From the IMG/VR virus record IMGVR_UViG_3300033049_000066, positions 229,279-293,278 of that record: a stretch of 64,000 nt of DNA. One strand, given 5' to 3'. The notes below the pieces were generated by a model that worked only from the letters and a program-made list of their open reading frames with translations, did not search any database and was not told where the DNA came from. Positions 50,701 through 60,246 of this stretch are shown piece after piece. The translations under genes were made by a program, and so were the position numbers. Every line of letters starts with the position of its first letter. The first letter of the stretch is position 1.

Positions 50701-50918
50701 GTGATGAAATCAAAGGTCAGATGGAACGTATGCTAAATGATTTAGTTGCAAAACGTGGTGTATACGATTATATAGTAGTTTGTGATAAGAGTAACAATAC
50801 AAATACTCGCATTGATCGCAACGAACTTTGGGTTGACATAGCAATAGAGCCAGTCAAAGCTGCTGAATTTATTTACGTCCCAATTCGCATACAGAATACG
50901 GGCGACATTAGCGGTTAA
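47709..50918 (+). CDS. gp18: Tail sheath protein
   Basis: LVSPGVEV...DES, YPWLAPAG.RRG, VNPITF, SALDRINVSRL, IEPVKAAEFI. Confidence 0.97.
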   Translation: MLVSPGVEVTIIDESQYTSAGQNTVPYILLATAENKLTPAGTGIASGTLASALGDVYLITSQRELVNTFGNPNFVKTSGGDAIHGYELNEYGLMAAYSVLGATNRAYVQRVDVDLAEIEASVVRPIGAASEGTYWFDLAESVYGLFVWNATANTFTNVEPLVITDNADLVSDGGVPLASIGTVDSYAIVTTDSNNTVYWKNYANVWVVVGSDAWKLTTPVTVGTTTPSAAVTAGAFDVITVTTPGPTTITVTGLASFALQVAEIVGQLPAEVSAFIKDGAIAFATSDATLEINNPTTTTLTELGITAAVYNSSTMAHDTHINVPRWRATDTTPRPTGSMWQKTTSVNNGLSVVVKRYNSVTATFDVQSAPAYLDDVAANAALDPGTGGSAIPSGDTYVQYDVNEDNSATLKLFRRTGGTTSVTGTNGTIALPLVFAIGDAFTIQASLKNNDTLPAAVTVTLTGTTAADFVADLAAAGVTNVASSVTATGRITIEHTAGGVIVLNDTTNAPIANIGITDALDNVRLNAAGDLVLSNWNFLTYTAEATVPGQDPLNDTRWYYSAIDQIDIMIHEGGSWIGYKNATTDIRGHDLSLTNPTGPIVSATAPVLQTDDTDLELGDLWLDTSDLENYPVIRRWEADVNSVESWTLIDNADQTSTNGILFEDARWGLTGEEDIAAGDFIAITDLLLSNQLDPDAPDSTLYPDGMLLWNTRRSGYNVKEYRVNYFNGTDFDLSSLPNIHPNAWVTVSGKKDDGSANFGRLAQRSLIVEAMKAAIDTNTDIREEQRQFNLIAVPGYPELIPNMVALNNERSNTAFVVGDSPLRLANNGTDIAKWASNNDGLGVSTNDGLASNDEYLGVFYPSGRTNDLTGTSIIVPPSHMILRTIIHSDEQAYPWLAPAGTRRGQVDNADAIGYVDAVTGEFQQMSTRQGVRDVLYTNNVNPITFIPGSGIVNFGNKTTKSGSALDRINVSRLVSFIRVQADAIAKQFVFEPNDKLTRDEIKGQMERMLNDLVAKRGVYDYIVVCDKSNNTNTRIDRNELWVDIAIEPVKAAEFIYVPIRIQNTGDISG

Positions 50919-50937
50919 TAACTAACGCTATACATTT

Positions 50938-50962
50938 AAGAGGGCTTCGGCCCTTTTATTTT
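50938..50962 (+). terminator. Rho-independent terminator
   Basis: AGGGC-TTCG-GCCCTTTTATTTT. Confidence 0.85.
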
Positions 50963-51027
50963 GGAGAAAAATTCACGTCAACAAGATGATAAATAACAGT
51001 AAGATATAATCAATAGGAGACAATATA

Positions 51028-51645
51028 ATGTCAGTATCCAGTCTTACAAAAATGACCACTCCGTTAGCGAGTGACCAAAGCGCAACAAGCCAGGGCTTGT
51101 TAATGCCTAAACTTTCGTATCGCTTTCGGGTGGTATTTGAAAACTTAGGTGTCTCAACTCCTCGCACAGAGTTAACAAAACAGGTTAAAGACTTTACACG
51201 TCCGAATCCTACTTTTGACCAAACCATAATTGATGTTTATAACTCAAGGATTAAACTAGCAGGAAAACCAAATTGGTCAGACGTGACATGTAATTTACGT
51301 GACGATGCATCAGGTTCAGTTTCTAAGTTAATTGGCGAGCAGATGCAGAAGCAATTCGATTTCATGGAACAGGCGTCAGCATCGTCCGGGATCGATTACA
51401 AATTTACTACACGCTTAGAGATGCTTGACGGCGGAAACGGAGCACACGAAGTAACAGTTCTTGAGACTTGGGAAATGTATGGTTGTTACTTAACGGGTGT
51501 TAACTACGGAACAGTAGATTACTCAAGCAGTGAGCCAATCATGCTTGCGATGAGTATTTCATTCGACAACGCAGTTCAAACTCCAGATAATACCGGTATC
51601 GGCGCAGCAATTGGTCGTACGCTTGGAAATAACGTTACAGGTTAA
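51028..51645 (+). CDS. gp19: Tail tube protein
   Basis: MPKL.YRFRV, LAGKPNW, ETWEMYGC, FDNA; follows the sheath gene. Confidence 0.88.
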   Translation: MSVSSLTKMTTPLASDQSATSQGLLMPKLSYRFRVVFENLGVSTPRTELTKQVKDFTRPNPTFDQTIIDVYNSRIKLAGKPNWSDVTCNLRDDASGSVSKLIGEQMQKQFDFMEQASASSGIDYKFTTRLEMLDGGNGAHEVTVLETWEMYGCYLTGVNYGTVDYSSSEPIMLAMSISFDNAVQTPDNTGIGAAIGRTLGNNVTG

Positions 51646-51651
51646 TAGGCC

Positions 51652-52785
51652 ATGAGCGGCTTAGATAGTTTAAGTAAGAAATTTGGAGCCTCGTCACTAA
51701 GTGATTTAGCAAGCCAAATTACCGATGGCTTCTTTGGTGATGCTGGATATCTAAAGGATTATTCTCACGCGTCAAAGCTGATGCGCCCAAACGGGTTAGC
51801 ATTGGCGCCGAAGCAAAAGTTTCTATTCCATGTTTATTTCAATCTAACAAATCCGGGTTTGTTAAAATCAGCAACTGACAAAGCCCTTGTTGGTGCGCTG
51901 GTGAAGACAGTGCAGCTACCATCTTTCAAACTAGACACAGAAGAGCATATCCAGTACAACAGAAAACGCTTAGTTCATAACAGAATTAAATATGACCCCA
52001 TTACAATAAAACTTCATGACGATGGCGAAGGGCATGTGCTTGATATGTGGACAAATTACTATCAGTACTACTTTGCTGATTCACAGTACAGTTACTCCGA
52101 GGGAATTCCGACCGACCGAGGTCCAAACGGCCGCACGAACTACAATCAGCGAGACTTGTACGCAAAAGAAAGAATCAATCAAATAGCCGGCTGGGGTAAG
52201 ACCGTAACTAGCCCTCAGTCAAATGGGGATAAGCCAGCTTTCTTCAAAGATATTAAAATTTATGGGTTCAACCGCGGCGCATACGTCCTCTATACACTAA
52301 TAAATCCAGTGATTACAGCATGGGATCATGACACGTATGACTACGCCGACAGCACTGGAGTCATGGAGCACACCGTGACGCTACAGTACGAGGCAGTAAA
52401 ATATGCGGATAGTACAGCAGTAGATGAGAACGTCAAGGGCTTCGGACTAGAATCACGTTACGATCAAGAACCGGGCGCACTAGGACCAGGCAGCACAACC
52501 TCATTGTTCGGCACCGGCGGCCTGACCGACACAGGCGGATCAATCATAAGTGATTTGTCGCAAGGGAACTTAAAAGGAGCACTGTCCGCAGCACAAAAAC
52601 TTGGCTCATCTGCTAGGACATTTGGGAGCATTGACAATTTAAAAAACGTGGTAACTGGCGACGGCATCGGCGCCATTAAAGGCGAATTTCTAAGAGCAAT
52701 TGATTCAAAGCCAAGGCTGGAAGATTCATTCCCTACACCAAACACCGGAAATTCAAGTGCCACTCCGAAGAAATCCGAAGGATAA
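51652..52785 (+). CDS. Tail-tube-fold protein (tube paralog / baseplate-tube junction)
   Basis: PK.KFLFHVYF, LP.F.......QYNRKR, Y.LINP.IT.W.HD. Confidence 0.7.
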   Translation: MSGLDSLSKKFGASSLSDLASQITDGFFGDAGYLKDYSHASKLMRPNGLALAPKQKFLFHVYFNLTNPGLLKSATDKALVGALVKTVQLPSFKLDTEEHIQYNRKRLVHNRIKYDPITIKLHDDGEGHVLDMWTNYYQYYFADSQYSYSEGIPTDRGPNGRTNYNQRDLYAKERINQIAGWGKTVTSPQSNGDKPAFFKDIKIYGFNRGAYVLYTLINPVITAWDHDTYDYADSTGVMEHTVTLQYEAVKYADSTAVDENVKGFGLESRYDQEPGALGPGSTTSLFGTGGLTDTGGSIISDLSQGNLKGALSAAQKLGSSARTFGSIDNLKNVVTGDGIGAIKGEFLRAIDSKPRLEDSFPTPNTGNSSATPKKSEG

Positions 52786-52788
52786 ACT

Positions 52789-53157
52789 ATGGCAACTAGC
52801 ACAAGCACAATAAATAATCCGGAATTTAGTGATGCGAATATACCACGAGCGATCGTTCGTGATAACTTATTACCTTTGCCGGTCGGCCCTGAATACGATT
52901 ACGTGCTGAGCATTTTTAAGAGCATAATGAAAGACGAAACTGCGGCTAAGAGCTTCGCACAATCGCTATACACTGTATCGCAATTAACTGGAATTTATGT
53001 CGTTACACTGCTTGAGGCACTTGACACCACAGACGAAATCTCGTTGACAACGGCCATGGCGTTTTACCTGAACGGAATCAACTCGCCAACAACACTTTAC
53101 GGGGTAAAAAATTTAATTATACCTAATTTCTATGCTGGACGCAACGTGCTGAGCTAA
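52789..53157 (+). CDS. Hypothetical late protein
   Basis: Tight operon spacing. Confidence 0.7.
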   Translation: MATSTSTINNPEFSDANIPRAIVRDNLLPLPVGPEYDYVLSIFKSIMKDETAAKSFAQSLYTVSQLTGIYVVTLLEALDTTDEISLTTAMAFYLNGINSPTTLYGVKNLIIPNFYAGRNVLS

Positions 53158-53159
53158 CC

Positions 53160-53606
53160 ATGCGCAGAGGAAGCAATAAGTTTTCACAGGGGGTTTACAC
53201 GCCTCGCAATCCAAACAAGTACACCGGCAAGGGAAAAATCATCTACAGAAGTTCGTGGGAAAACCACTTCTGCATATTTTGTGACACCAACAATCACATA
53301 CTTGAGTGGGCAAGTGAGGCGATCCGTATTCCTTACCGCCATCCGCTCACCGGAAAGCAAACTACGTACGTTCCAGATTTTTTAATAAGATATCGAACTA
53401 AAAATAATAAAATCATCACTGAGCTTATTGAAATCAAGCCCGCTGGTCAAGCATCTTTGCGAGAAGGAATGAATCAGAATCAACGAGCTACAGTAGCGGT
53501 AAATAAGATGAAATGGGCTGCTGCCTCGAAATGGGCCAAGGCAAATGGCATAATCTTTCGGATTCTTACGGAACATGATTTGTTTGCTGCAACAAAAAAA
53601 CGATAA
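53160..53606 (+). CDS. gp4: Head completion nuclease (TnsA-like fold)
   Basis: P.NP.KY.G, YRSSWE, W.SE...IPY, Y.PDF, IEIKP, VN..KW.AA. Confidence 0.92.
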   Translation: MRRGSNKFSQGVYTPRNPNKYTGKGKIIYRSSWENHFCIFCDTNNHILEWASEAIRIPYRHPLTGKQTTYVPDFLIRYRTKNNKIITELIEIKPAGQASLREGMNQNQRATVAVNKMKWAAASKWAKANGIIFRILTEHDLFAATKKR

Positions 53607-53651
53607 CTCAACTTTCTAATTCTACACAGCATGAACTAGCTAAATATGTGT

Positions 53652-54134
53652 ATGACACAACGACTTGCAGAATTATTTGATTTACCCCCCGACGAACCTA
53701 AGGTTAAAGAGCCCAAGGCAGAAGAGCCTAGTACTGAGATAATAACTACAGAGGCACTAACCAATCTTGAAAAGATTGATCAAGCACTTCCTTCAATCAA
53801 AGGACTAGACTCTAGCGATAAAGAAATGGACGACATTGCTGACTTAGCAATTGACAGTTACAAGGATCTAATGGATTTAGGTATGAACGTCGAGGCTAGA
53901 GTAGCCTCAGAGATACTAAGTTCAGCAAGTCAATTCCTTGGCCACGCGATTACAGCGAAAAACGCAAAAATAAATAAAAAATTAAAGATGCTTGATCTCT
54001 TGCTGAAGAAAGCTAAGCTTGATCAAGACACCGGTACCGATGACACCACACCCGGCGAAGGTAAGATGCTTGATCGCAACGAACTACTAGCTGAGGTCTT
54101 GCAAGCTGCTAAAGATAATGACAAAACAGATTAA
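53652..54134 (+). CDS. Terminase small subunit-like
   Basis: Helical; YKDLMDLGMNV, DRNELL; late promoter. Confidence 0.65.
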   Translation: MTQRLAELFDLPPDEPKVKEPKAEEPSTEIITTEALTNLEKIDQALPSIKGLDSSDKEMDDIADLAIDSYKDLMDLGMNVEARVASEILSSASQFLGHAITAKNAKINKKLKMLDLLLKKAKLDQDTGTDDTTPGEGKMLDRNELLAEVLQAAKDNDKTD

Positions 54135-54173
54135 AACGATAAATATATACAAATATTGCGAGTGAAACAATTT

Positions 54174-54767
54174 ATGAAAACACTAAACGAATACCTAACT
54201 GCATCTAAGAAACAATACATTTACCGTGTTAAAGTTGCAGGTGAATTTCCTAAGGAAACTTACGAGAAGTTTAAGTTAGCACTGGATATGTACCAAGTAG
54301 ATAATTGTACGGCACCCAAAACAACTCCCGTACAAGAACAACCATTTGATTTTCCCGGTCTAACAAATCAAGAAGTTAACATCTTTGATGTTACTCTAAA
54401 CTATCCAGCAAACAGCGAGCAGATCGCAGAACTTGCTAAACTATCAGGAATTGCTTTGCCAAATCTTGTAGTGATTCTTAGAGACTTTGACGAAAGCAGG
54501 AAAGCAGAAGCAGAAGGGTTTGAAGATGGCACACGTCTTGAAACACCTGAATATCCCGAGCAGACTAAGGAACAGAAAGCAGCTAGTGACGCATACGCAG
54601 ATAGCTACAAAACAGCCGCAAGAGAATTTGCAGGTGATGTAAATACAAAATTTGAAATTGCAGGTGAAAAGACACCAGCAGCAAAATTCACAACAGACGA
54701 AGCAGAAGGTAAAGACAGTCCCCTGTCAAAAGTTGCGCGTCAAGAACTAAAGGACATACTAAAATGA
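54174..54767 (+). CDS. Late hypothetical (candidate head) protein
   Basis: MKTLNEYL N-terminus; TTPVQ..P.DFP; late promoter. Confidence 0.7.
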   Translation: MKTLNEYLTASKKQYIYRVKVAGEFPKETYEKFKLALDMYQVDNCTAPKTTPVQEQPFDFPGLTNQEVNIFDVTLNYPANSEQIAELAKLSGIALPNLVVILRDFDESRKAEAEGFEDGTRLETPEYPEQTKEQKAASDAYADSYKTAAREFAGDVNTKFEIAGEKTPAAKFTTDEAEGKDSPLSKVARQELKDILK

Positions 54768-57124
54768 GAGACACAAAACTTTATAAAATCTTAGAAAATT
54801 TCGACAAGATTGATTCAGCAGCCGATAAATTGACTCCTATCACAGAAAATTACGACGAAATTCATAACATCTTAAATCGATTATCTGATTCAGGTAAGCA
54901 ATTAATTGCTCAAGGCGACGCAAACATCGATGAGTTACTAACAGGTGAGTACACCGATGTGGCTGGGATTGACATGAGAGCTGATATTCGCATATTGCGC
55001 AAAGCTTCACGTCAACTACAGCAACAAGGAAATCTTAACCGAGACCAAATATTAAATATACTTCATAATTCAATTGATGATGCGCTGACTGATGTCACCG
55101 AAACTCAAACCACCGTACAGACCATGGGTAACAAAATAAAAGTTACTACAGATGGTGATACTACAGAATACGACGACGCTGAAACTGCCAAGGCAATGAT
55201 GGGCGACGACGAATTTACAACCGAGAGCGACAATGCTGAACCATCACTTGCTTTTAACGCTGGTGCAGATGCTGCCAACGCAGGAAAAGATCTACGTGAT
55301 ATAAATGTTGCTTTCTACCCAGAAGCCGATCGCAATGATTTCATTGCTGGATACGAGAGTGTACCTACCGTAGCAGTGACAGAAGGCGGCCTAGGTGGAG
55401 ATATGTGGGATTCAGCAGCAGATGAGCTGGATCTTGCCGACTACGGCGACAACGACTTTTCAGTAAGAGATGAACCACCAGCAGAATTTGGCATCAGCGA
55501 TGATGAATGGATGATTAGTGACTTAGATGAAGAAATTGAAGCAGACTTCGATTCTGATTTAAGTTCCGGTTACCCAGGAGACAACGATGATGACGCAGAG
55601 CTAGCGACTTTTGACAGCGAAGATGAATCGCATCGTAAACGTTTGCAACGCGGCACCCCAGTTGTTTTAAGCCCGGATTTATTTGCCGACAAGAACAGCA
55701 ACAGGCGCGGTGTCTTTATAAATCGTAGCCCAAGCGGTCACTACGGTACTGTAATACGTGATTTTGATCACAAAGAAGTTAAAGTTCATCTTAGTGATAT
55801 TGTATCCGCAGATTTAGTAAACAATTCAGTCTACGAAGAATACGGGATCAACCTTGAATCTATGCTAGCTGAAGATAAAATTAAGTTTAGTGATTTAAAG
55901 GTCGGTCAGAAATTTAAGAAACCTAACAATTCTGAATTAGTGTTAACAAAAACAAAAACTAATAAATTTAAAAAGAATCTTACTAAGCCACAAGGCGGAG
56001 CGGTACATTTTAGTATTTCTCCAGACGCTGAGGTTATAGCTGAAGATATTACAATGACCCAAACAACTAACCTAGACCACCCAGAAAACGATACAACTAC
56101 AGTGACAGCAGTAGGCCAAGACGCTGGTGACGACTTAGCGGCGCTTATGACGAACGCAGGGCTAAACAGCACATCGGGATACTCCGCAGCAGTTGAACCT
56201 GAGGTAGTTGACACAGGCGAGCCACTAGAAATGCAAGGTATGCTCGACATGATGGACGCACCTGAGATGACACAAGAAGCTTACGGTGATCCAACTTACA
56301 ACGCTGACTTATTTCCAACACCCGACCCTGAGGACTTTGAACCATCAAACGCAGAATTAGATGCGATTGAAGCCGACCCAGAGATGTTTGAAGCCGAAGG
56401 GCAAGCAACATTAGCTAACATTGACCCAGCATTAGCAGCCGACATAATTGGCGGCTTGGATATAGCGCAGGTGCTAAGTCACAATTCGCACAGAGCCTCA
56501 CAGAAGGACCTCGACATACTTGAACGAGAATATTCAGATGTAGCTGCGAAATACGGCTTAGACGAGTTTTTATCTTCAGACGCAATACTTGATAGATTAG
56601 AATCTGCTATCTTTGATTTGTTTGGTGGTAACGATGCACCAGTAGTTGAAGATGCGCAGCCAGTATACTCACTTGATAGCTTGTTATCTAATTTTGATGA
56701 GAGTGAAGTTTTAGCATGGTTAGGAGATGACGGCAATCAGGCTATTGATGTTGCGCTAGTTGCTAAATACGGCACCGATAAAGAAAGTGCCGGGGACTTA
56801 TTTAATTGGTTATACAATCGTTATGGTAAAATAATTTCCGATTACGCAAAAGAGAATTTTGGAGCACACTTAGGTGAAGAACGCGATCAGGAATACACAA
56901 ACACCCCAGGTGAACTTGAAGCTGGTGTAGACGTAGTTACACATGGCTTGAGCGGTGGACTTAACCGACGTAAGAATTCTTACAAGCTAGCAGCTGGTGG
57001 TGACAATCCAATGAAGCGTCCAGTAACTGAAAACAAGTCATCGAAGATTGTAAATGAACACGAAAGTGTTGATAACTTTTTAAATATGTACAAAGTGTTT
57101 AAACATAAAGGCGAAAAGAAATAA
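54764..57124 (+). CDS. Large acidic late protein (candidate internal head polyprotein)
   Basis: 786 aa, D/E-rich, many hydrophobic-x-E sites; C-terminal GGLNR.K...GDNPM. Confidence 0.7.
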   Translation: MRDTKLYKILENFDKIDSAADKLTPITENYDEIHNILNRLSDSGKQLIAQGDANIDELLTGEYTDVAGIDMRADIRILRKASRQLQQQGNLNRDQILNILHNSIDDALTDVTETQTTVQTMGNKIKVTTDGDTTEYDDAETAKAMMGDDEFTTESDNAEPSLAFNAGADAANAGKDLRDINVAFYPEADRNDFIAGYESVPTVAVTEGGLGGDMWDSAADELDLADYGDNDFSVRDEPPAEFGISDDEWMISDLDEEIEADFDSDLSSGYPGDNDDDAELATFDSEDESHRKRLQRGTPVVLSPDLFADKNSNRRGVFINRSPSGHYGTVIRDFDHKEVKVHLSDIVSADLVNNSVYEEYGINLESMLAEDKIKFSDLKVGQKFKKPNNSELVLTKTKTNKFKKNLTKPQGGAVHFSISPDAEVIAEDITMTQTTNLDHPENDTTTVTAVGQDAGDDLAALMTNAGLNSTSGYSAAVEPEVVDTGEPLEMQGMLDMMDAPEMTQEAYGDPTYNADLFPTPDPEDFEPSNAELDAIEADPEMFEAEGQATLANIDPALAADIIGGLDIAQVLSHNSHRASQKDLDILEREYSDVAAKYGLDEFLSSDAILDRLESAIFDLFGGNDAPVVEDAQPVYSLDSLLSNFDESEVLAWLGDDGNQAIDVALVAKYGTDKESAGDLFNWLYNRYGKIISDYAKENFGAHLGEERDQEYTNTPGELEAGVDVVTHGLSGGLNRRKNSYKLAAGGDNPMKRPVTENKSSKIVNEHESVDNFLNMYKVFKHKGEKK

Positions 57125-57125
57125 G

Positions 57126-57467
57126 ATGAGAGCAGATGAGTTTGTCACAGAAACAAAGCGTGGCAAGGTACTTGACGCAGTGTCAAAAGTCAGCCCGGGC
57201 AGTTCGTTCACAGCGGATGGTGGGATTGACTTGTATCGAGCAGCACAGCTCATAGCACGATTACCGGGTGACATCGGTGACCTCGACCCGTACAGTTTCG
57301 TAACAGGCCGGCCAATGATTGTTACTTACACTAAAGAAGAACAAACGATGGTTAAAGACGCATTCAAAGCAATGGGTATTGATTATCATGAAGAACTACA
57401 CACCGGAAGCGAAGAGCCCGCCGGTGTCAATACAACGAGCCCGACACAAGGATTTAAAGGATATTAA
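57126..57467 (+). CDS. Candidate internal head protein
   Basis: N-terminus MRADEFVTE. Confidence 0.7.
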   Translation: MRADEFVTETKRGKVLDAVSKVSPGSSFTADGGIDLYRAAQLIARLPGDIGDLDPYSFVTGRPMIVTYTKEEQTMVKDAFKAMGIDYHEELHTGSEEPAGVNTTSPTQGFKGY

Positions 57468-57468
57468 A

Positions 57469-57867
57469 ATGAACGAAATAAATCAACTTAAGAACTTAGT
57501 TGAGAGCCTTAGCAATATCGGAGTGGATAATCAAGGTACAGTCGAACTGCCAAAAGATACAGTAGACCGAATACTTGAGGCTTTAGAAGCTGGAATACAC
57601 GCAATAGAGAACCAAGATAGCGATCAGCAATTTGCAGTTACCTCCATGCATTCAGCGCTAAAGCTAATAGACCCACACCACACATATAACGAGTCAGCTA
57701 GCGTAATCGAAGCAGGTACAGATTTTAACCAAGCAGCTCGTATTGAAAAAGTGCAGGGTTTAGAATTCAACCAAGCAGAAAAATTAATTTTTAATTGGGT
57801 AAAAGCCGGTGTTATAAATGTTAGGAATTTCTCAGAATTAATTAAGGCAAACAGAGACGTATTTTAA
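57469..57867 (+). CDS. Candidate internal head protein
   Basis: N-terminus MNEINQLKNLVES. Confidence 0.7.
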   Translation: MNEINQLKNLVESLSNIGVDNQGTVELPKDTVDRILEALEAGIHAIENQDSDQQFAVTSMHSALKLIDPHHTYNESASVIEAGTDFNQAARIEKVQGLEFNQAEKLIFNWVKAGVINVRNFSELIKANRDVF

Positions 57868-57952
57868 AGATAACCTCTTCGGACGCTAGGCGTTAAGGCC
57901 GCGCCCAGCGTTAACACAACGCAAGGATTTAAAGGATTTAAAGGATATTAAA

Positions 57953-58354
57953 ATGAACGAAATAAATCAACTTAAAAGTTTAATGGAATCAATAACACAA
58001 CTGTCAGAATCATCAGCTGGCAGAATGAAGAATGCTGACTTTGTCAAAATGTACCCAAATTTGCCACTAACTTGGTCTATTTTTGTAGATACCACGTCTA
58101 GAACAACTAGTACAAATGATGTAGGTGAAAGTATTGTTGATCTATCTACGTATGCTCCAGACGGTACGTATGATGTATTTTTTAATAATGCGCTAACAGA
58201 TGGCATTATCGTAAACGATGGCGTGTTTGTTATTAAACCAACGGTTGATTCAATTAAGGCAGCAGTCGACGCCGCAAGATATACTGGCAACTCCATTGAA
58301 AAATTAGAGTGGGACCCAAAGGTTAAAATCTTTCGTCTCACAATGGGATCATAG
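57953..58354 (+). CDS. Candidate internal head protein
   Basis: N-terminus MNEINQLKSLMES. Confidence 0.7.
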   Translation: MNEINQLKSLMESITQLSESSAGRMKNADFVKMYPNLPLTWSIFVDTTSRTTSTNDVGESIVDLSTYAPDGTYDVFFNNALTDGIIVNDGVFVIKPTVDSIKAAVDAARYTGNSIEKLEWDPKVKIFRLTMGS

Positions 58355-58367
58355 CAGAATTTCTGCT

Positions 58368-58484
58368 ATGGATAATTTAACCATCGCAGTTTTAGCCTGG
58401 GCCGCAGTCACCGCAACGACTGTTATTGTACTATGGTATCAATCTAGGACTCTCGTAAAATCTAAAAAAAGAATAACCTCTTAG
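58368..58484 (+). CDS. 38-aa single-TM peptide, not in the ORF track
   Basis: MDNLTIAVLAWAAVTATTVIVLWYQSRTLVKSKKRITS. Confidence 0.45.
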   Translation: MDNLTIAVLAWAAVTATTVIVLWYQSRTLVKSKKRITS

Positions 58485-58547
58485 GACGGTTAGGCGTTAC
58501 GGCCGCGGTACTGAATTCGCTACTCAATCCGCACAGTAGAGTAAAAT

Positions 58548-58573
58548 AGCAGTCCTTGGGCTGCTTTTTATTT
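58548..58573 (+). terminator. Rho-independent terminator
   Basis: AGCAGTCC-TT-GGGCTGCTTTTTATTT. Confidence 0.75.
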
Positions 58574-58605
58574 TCCATCTATTCAAAATTCGGTTAAATA
58601 CTATT

Positions 58606-60183
58606 ATGAGCAAAAATCTCGATGGCGTGCTGGTCAAACGACCGCATAGTAAAACACATTACGATGAAAATCACGTTAGATGTTTCGCACGATGCGTTAA
58701 CCCACTCACGGGCCCGTTGTATTTTCTTACAAATTTTTTCTACATTCAACATCCGATCCAAGGTAGATTAAAATACAGTCCGTATGAGTTTCAAAAAGGC
58801 TTAATCGACAGCTATGTAAATCATAGATTCAGTATCAATCTTCTTAGCAGACAAACAGGCAAGACGACGACCGCAGCAGGATATCTACTGTGGTACGCGA
58901 TGTTCAGACCCGACAGCACCATTCTTATCGCAGCGCACAAGTACAGCGGCGTACAAGAAATTATGCAGCGTATACGCTATGCGTATGAACTATGCCCGGA
59001 TCATATAAGGGCAGGTGTAACATCGTACAATAAGGGATCAATGGAGTTTGACAATGGTTCACGCATAGTCGCGCAAGCAACGACAGAAAACACCGGACGT
59101 GGTATGTCTATTACATTATTGTACTTAGACGAATTCGCATTCGTAAGGCCGAACATTGCGAAAGAATTCTGGACTTCAATCTCCCCGACACTGTCAACAG
59201 GTGGTGGGGCAATTATCACAAGCACGCCGAACAGCGATGAAGATCAATTTGCGTTACTGTGGAAGGGCGCCAACAAAACTGAGGACGCATTTGGAAATCA
59301 GACAGAACTGGGCGTCAACGGATTCAAGGCATTTTCAGCGGACTGGAAGCAACACCCGGACCGCGATGAACAGTGGGCCGATGATGAACGTGGCCGCATA
59401 GGAGATGAACGCTTCCGACGTGAGCACTTGAATGAATTCTTAATCTTTGACGAAACACTAATCGCCGCAACTACACTGATTGACATGGAGGGGATCGAAC
59501 CCATCCGCAAATCAGGGCAAGTGCGCTGGTACTCAGAGCCCAAGCCAGGGATGATATACACCGTGGCACTTGACCCAAGCCTTGGCACCGGGGGCGATCC
59601 CGCAGCTATACAGGTATTTGAAGCAAACACAACAAAGCAAGTCGCGGAGTGGAAGCATAACAAAACTCCGATACCCATGCAGATTCGTGTATTTGCAGAT
59701 ATTATCAATGAAGTTGCGGAGAAATGTAAGAATATGAATAACGTGTACTTCAGCATAGAAAACAACACAATAGGTGAGGCAGCACTCATCAGTATTGATG
59801 AGTACGGCGAGCAAAATCTTCACGGCGTATTTCTAAGCGAGCCAAGAAAAACCAGAGGCAGCCGCTCCTCACGCTCACGCAAGGGATTCAATACCACAAA
59901 CAGATCCAAGCTATCAGCATGTGCAAAAGTTAAAACACTAGTTGAGAAAAAATCAATGACAATAAGTAGCAAACCACTCATCACAGAATTTAAGCACTTT
60001 GTAGCACACGGAGCAAGTTTCGCAGCAAAACCCGGAGAGACCGACGATTTAGTGATGGCCTTACTGTTAACGGTGCGTATGTTTGCAGTTCTTAAAGACT
60101 ATCACAAGGAACTTACAAATCAATTGCGTGACTACAGCGATGATATAGTTGCACCTATGCCGTTTATATCAATGATAAGCTAA
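58606..60183 (+). CDS. gp17: Terminase large subunit
   Basis: Walker A SRQTGKT, Walker B LLYLDEFAF, ITSTP, nuclease ALDPSLG.GGD and DDLVMA. Confidence 0.97.
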   Translation: MSKNLDGVLVKRPHSKTHYDENHVRCFARCVNPLTGPLYFLTNFFYIQHPIQGRLKYSPYEFQKGLIDSYVNHRFSINLLSRQTGKTTTAAGYLLWYAMFRPDSTILIAAHKYSGVQEIMQRIRYAYELCPDHIRAGVTSYNKGSMEFDNGSRIVAQATTENTGRGMSITLLYLDEFAFVRPNIAKEFWTSISPTLSTGGGAIITSTPNSDEDQFALLWKGANKTEDAFGNQTELGVNGFKAFSADWKQHPDRDEQWADDERGRIGDERFRREHLNEFLIFDETLIAATTLIDMEGIEPIRKSGQVRWYSEPKPGMIYTVALDPSLGTGGDPAAIQVFEANTTKQVAEWKHNKTPIPMQIRVFADIINEVAEKCKNMNNVYFSIENNTIGEAALISIDEYGEQNLHGVFLSEPRKTRGSRSSRSRKGFNTTNRSKLSACAKVKTLVEKKSMTISSKPLITEFKHFVAHGASFAAKPGETDDLVMALLLTVRMFAVLKDYHKELTNQLRDYSDDIVAPMPFISMIS

Positions 60184-60246
60184 TGCGATGTTTTAATTTA
60201 CAGTCGTTTGATTTATATTAAAACTATTTCTAAGGTAAATACAACT

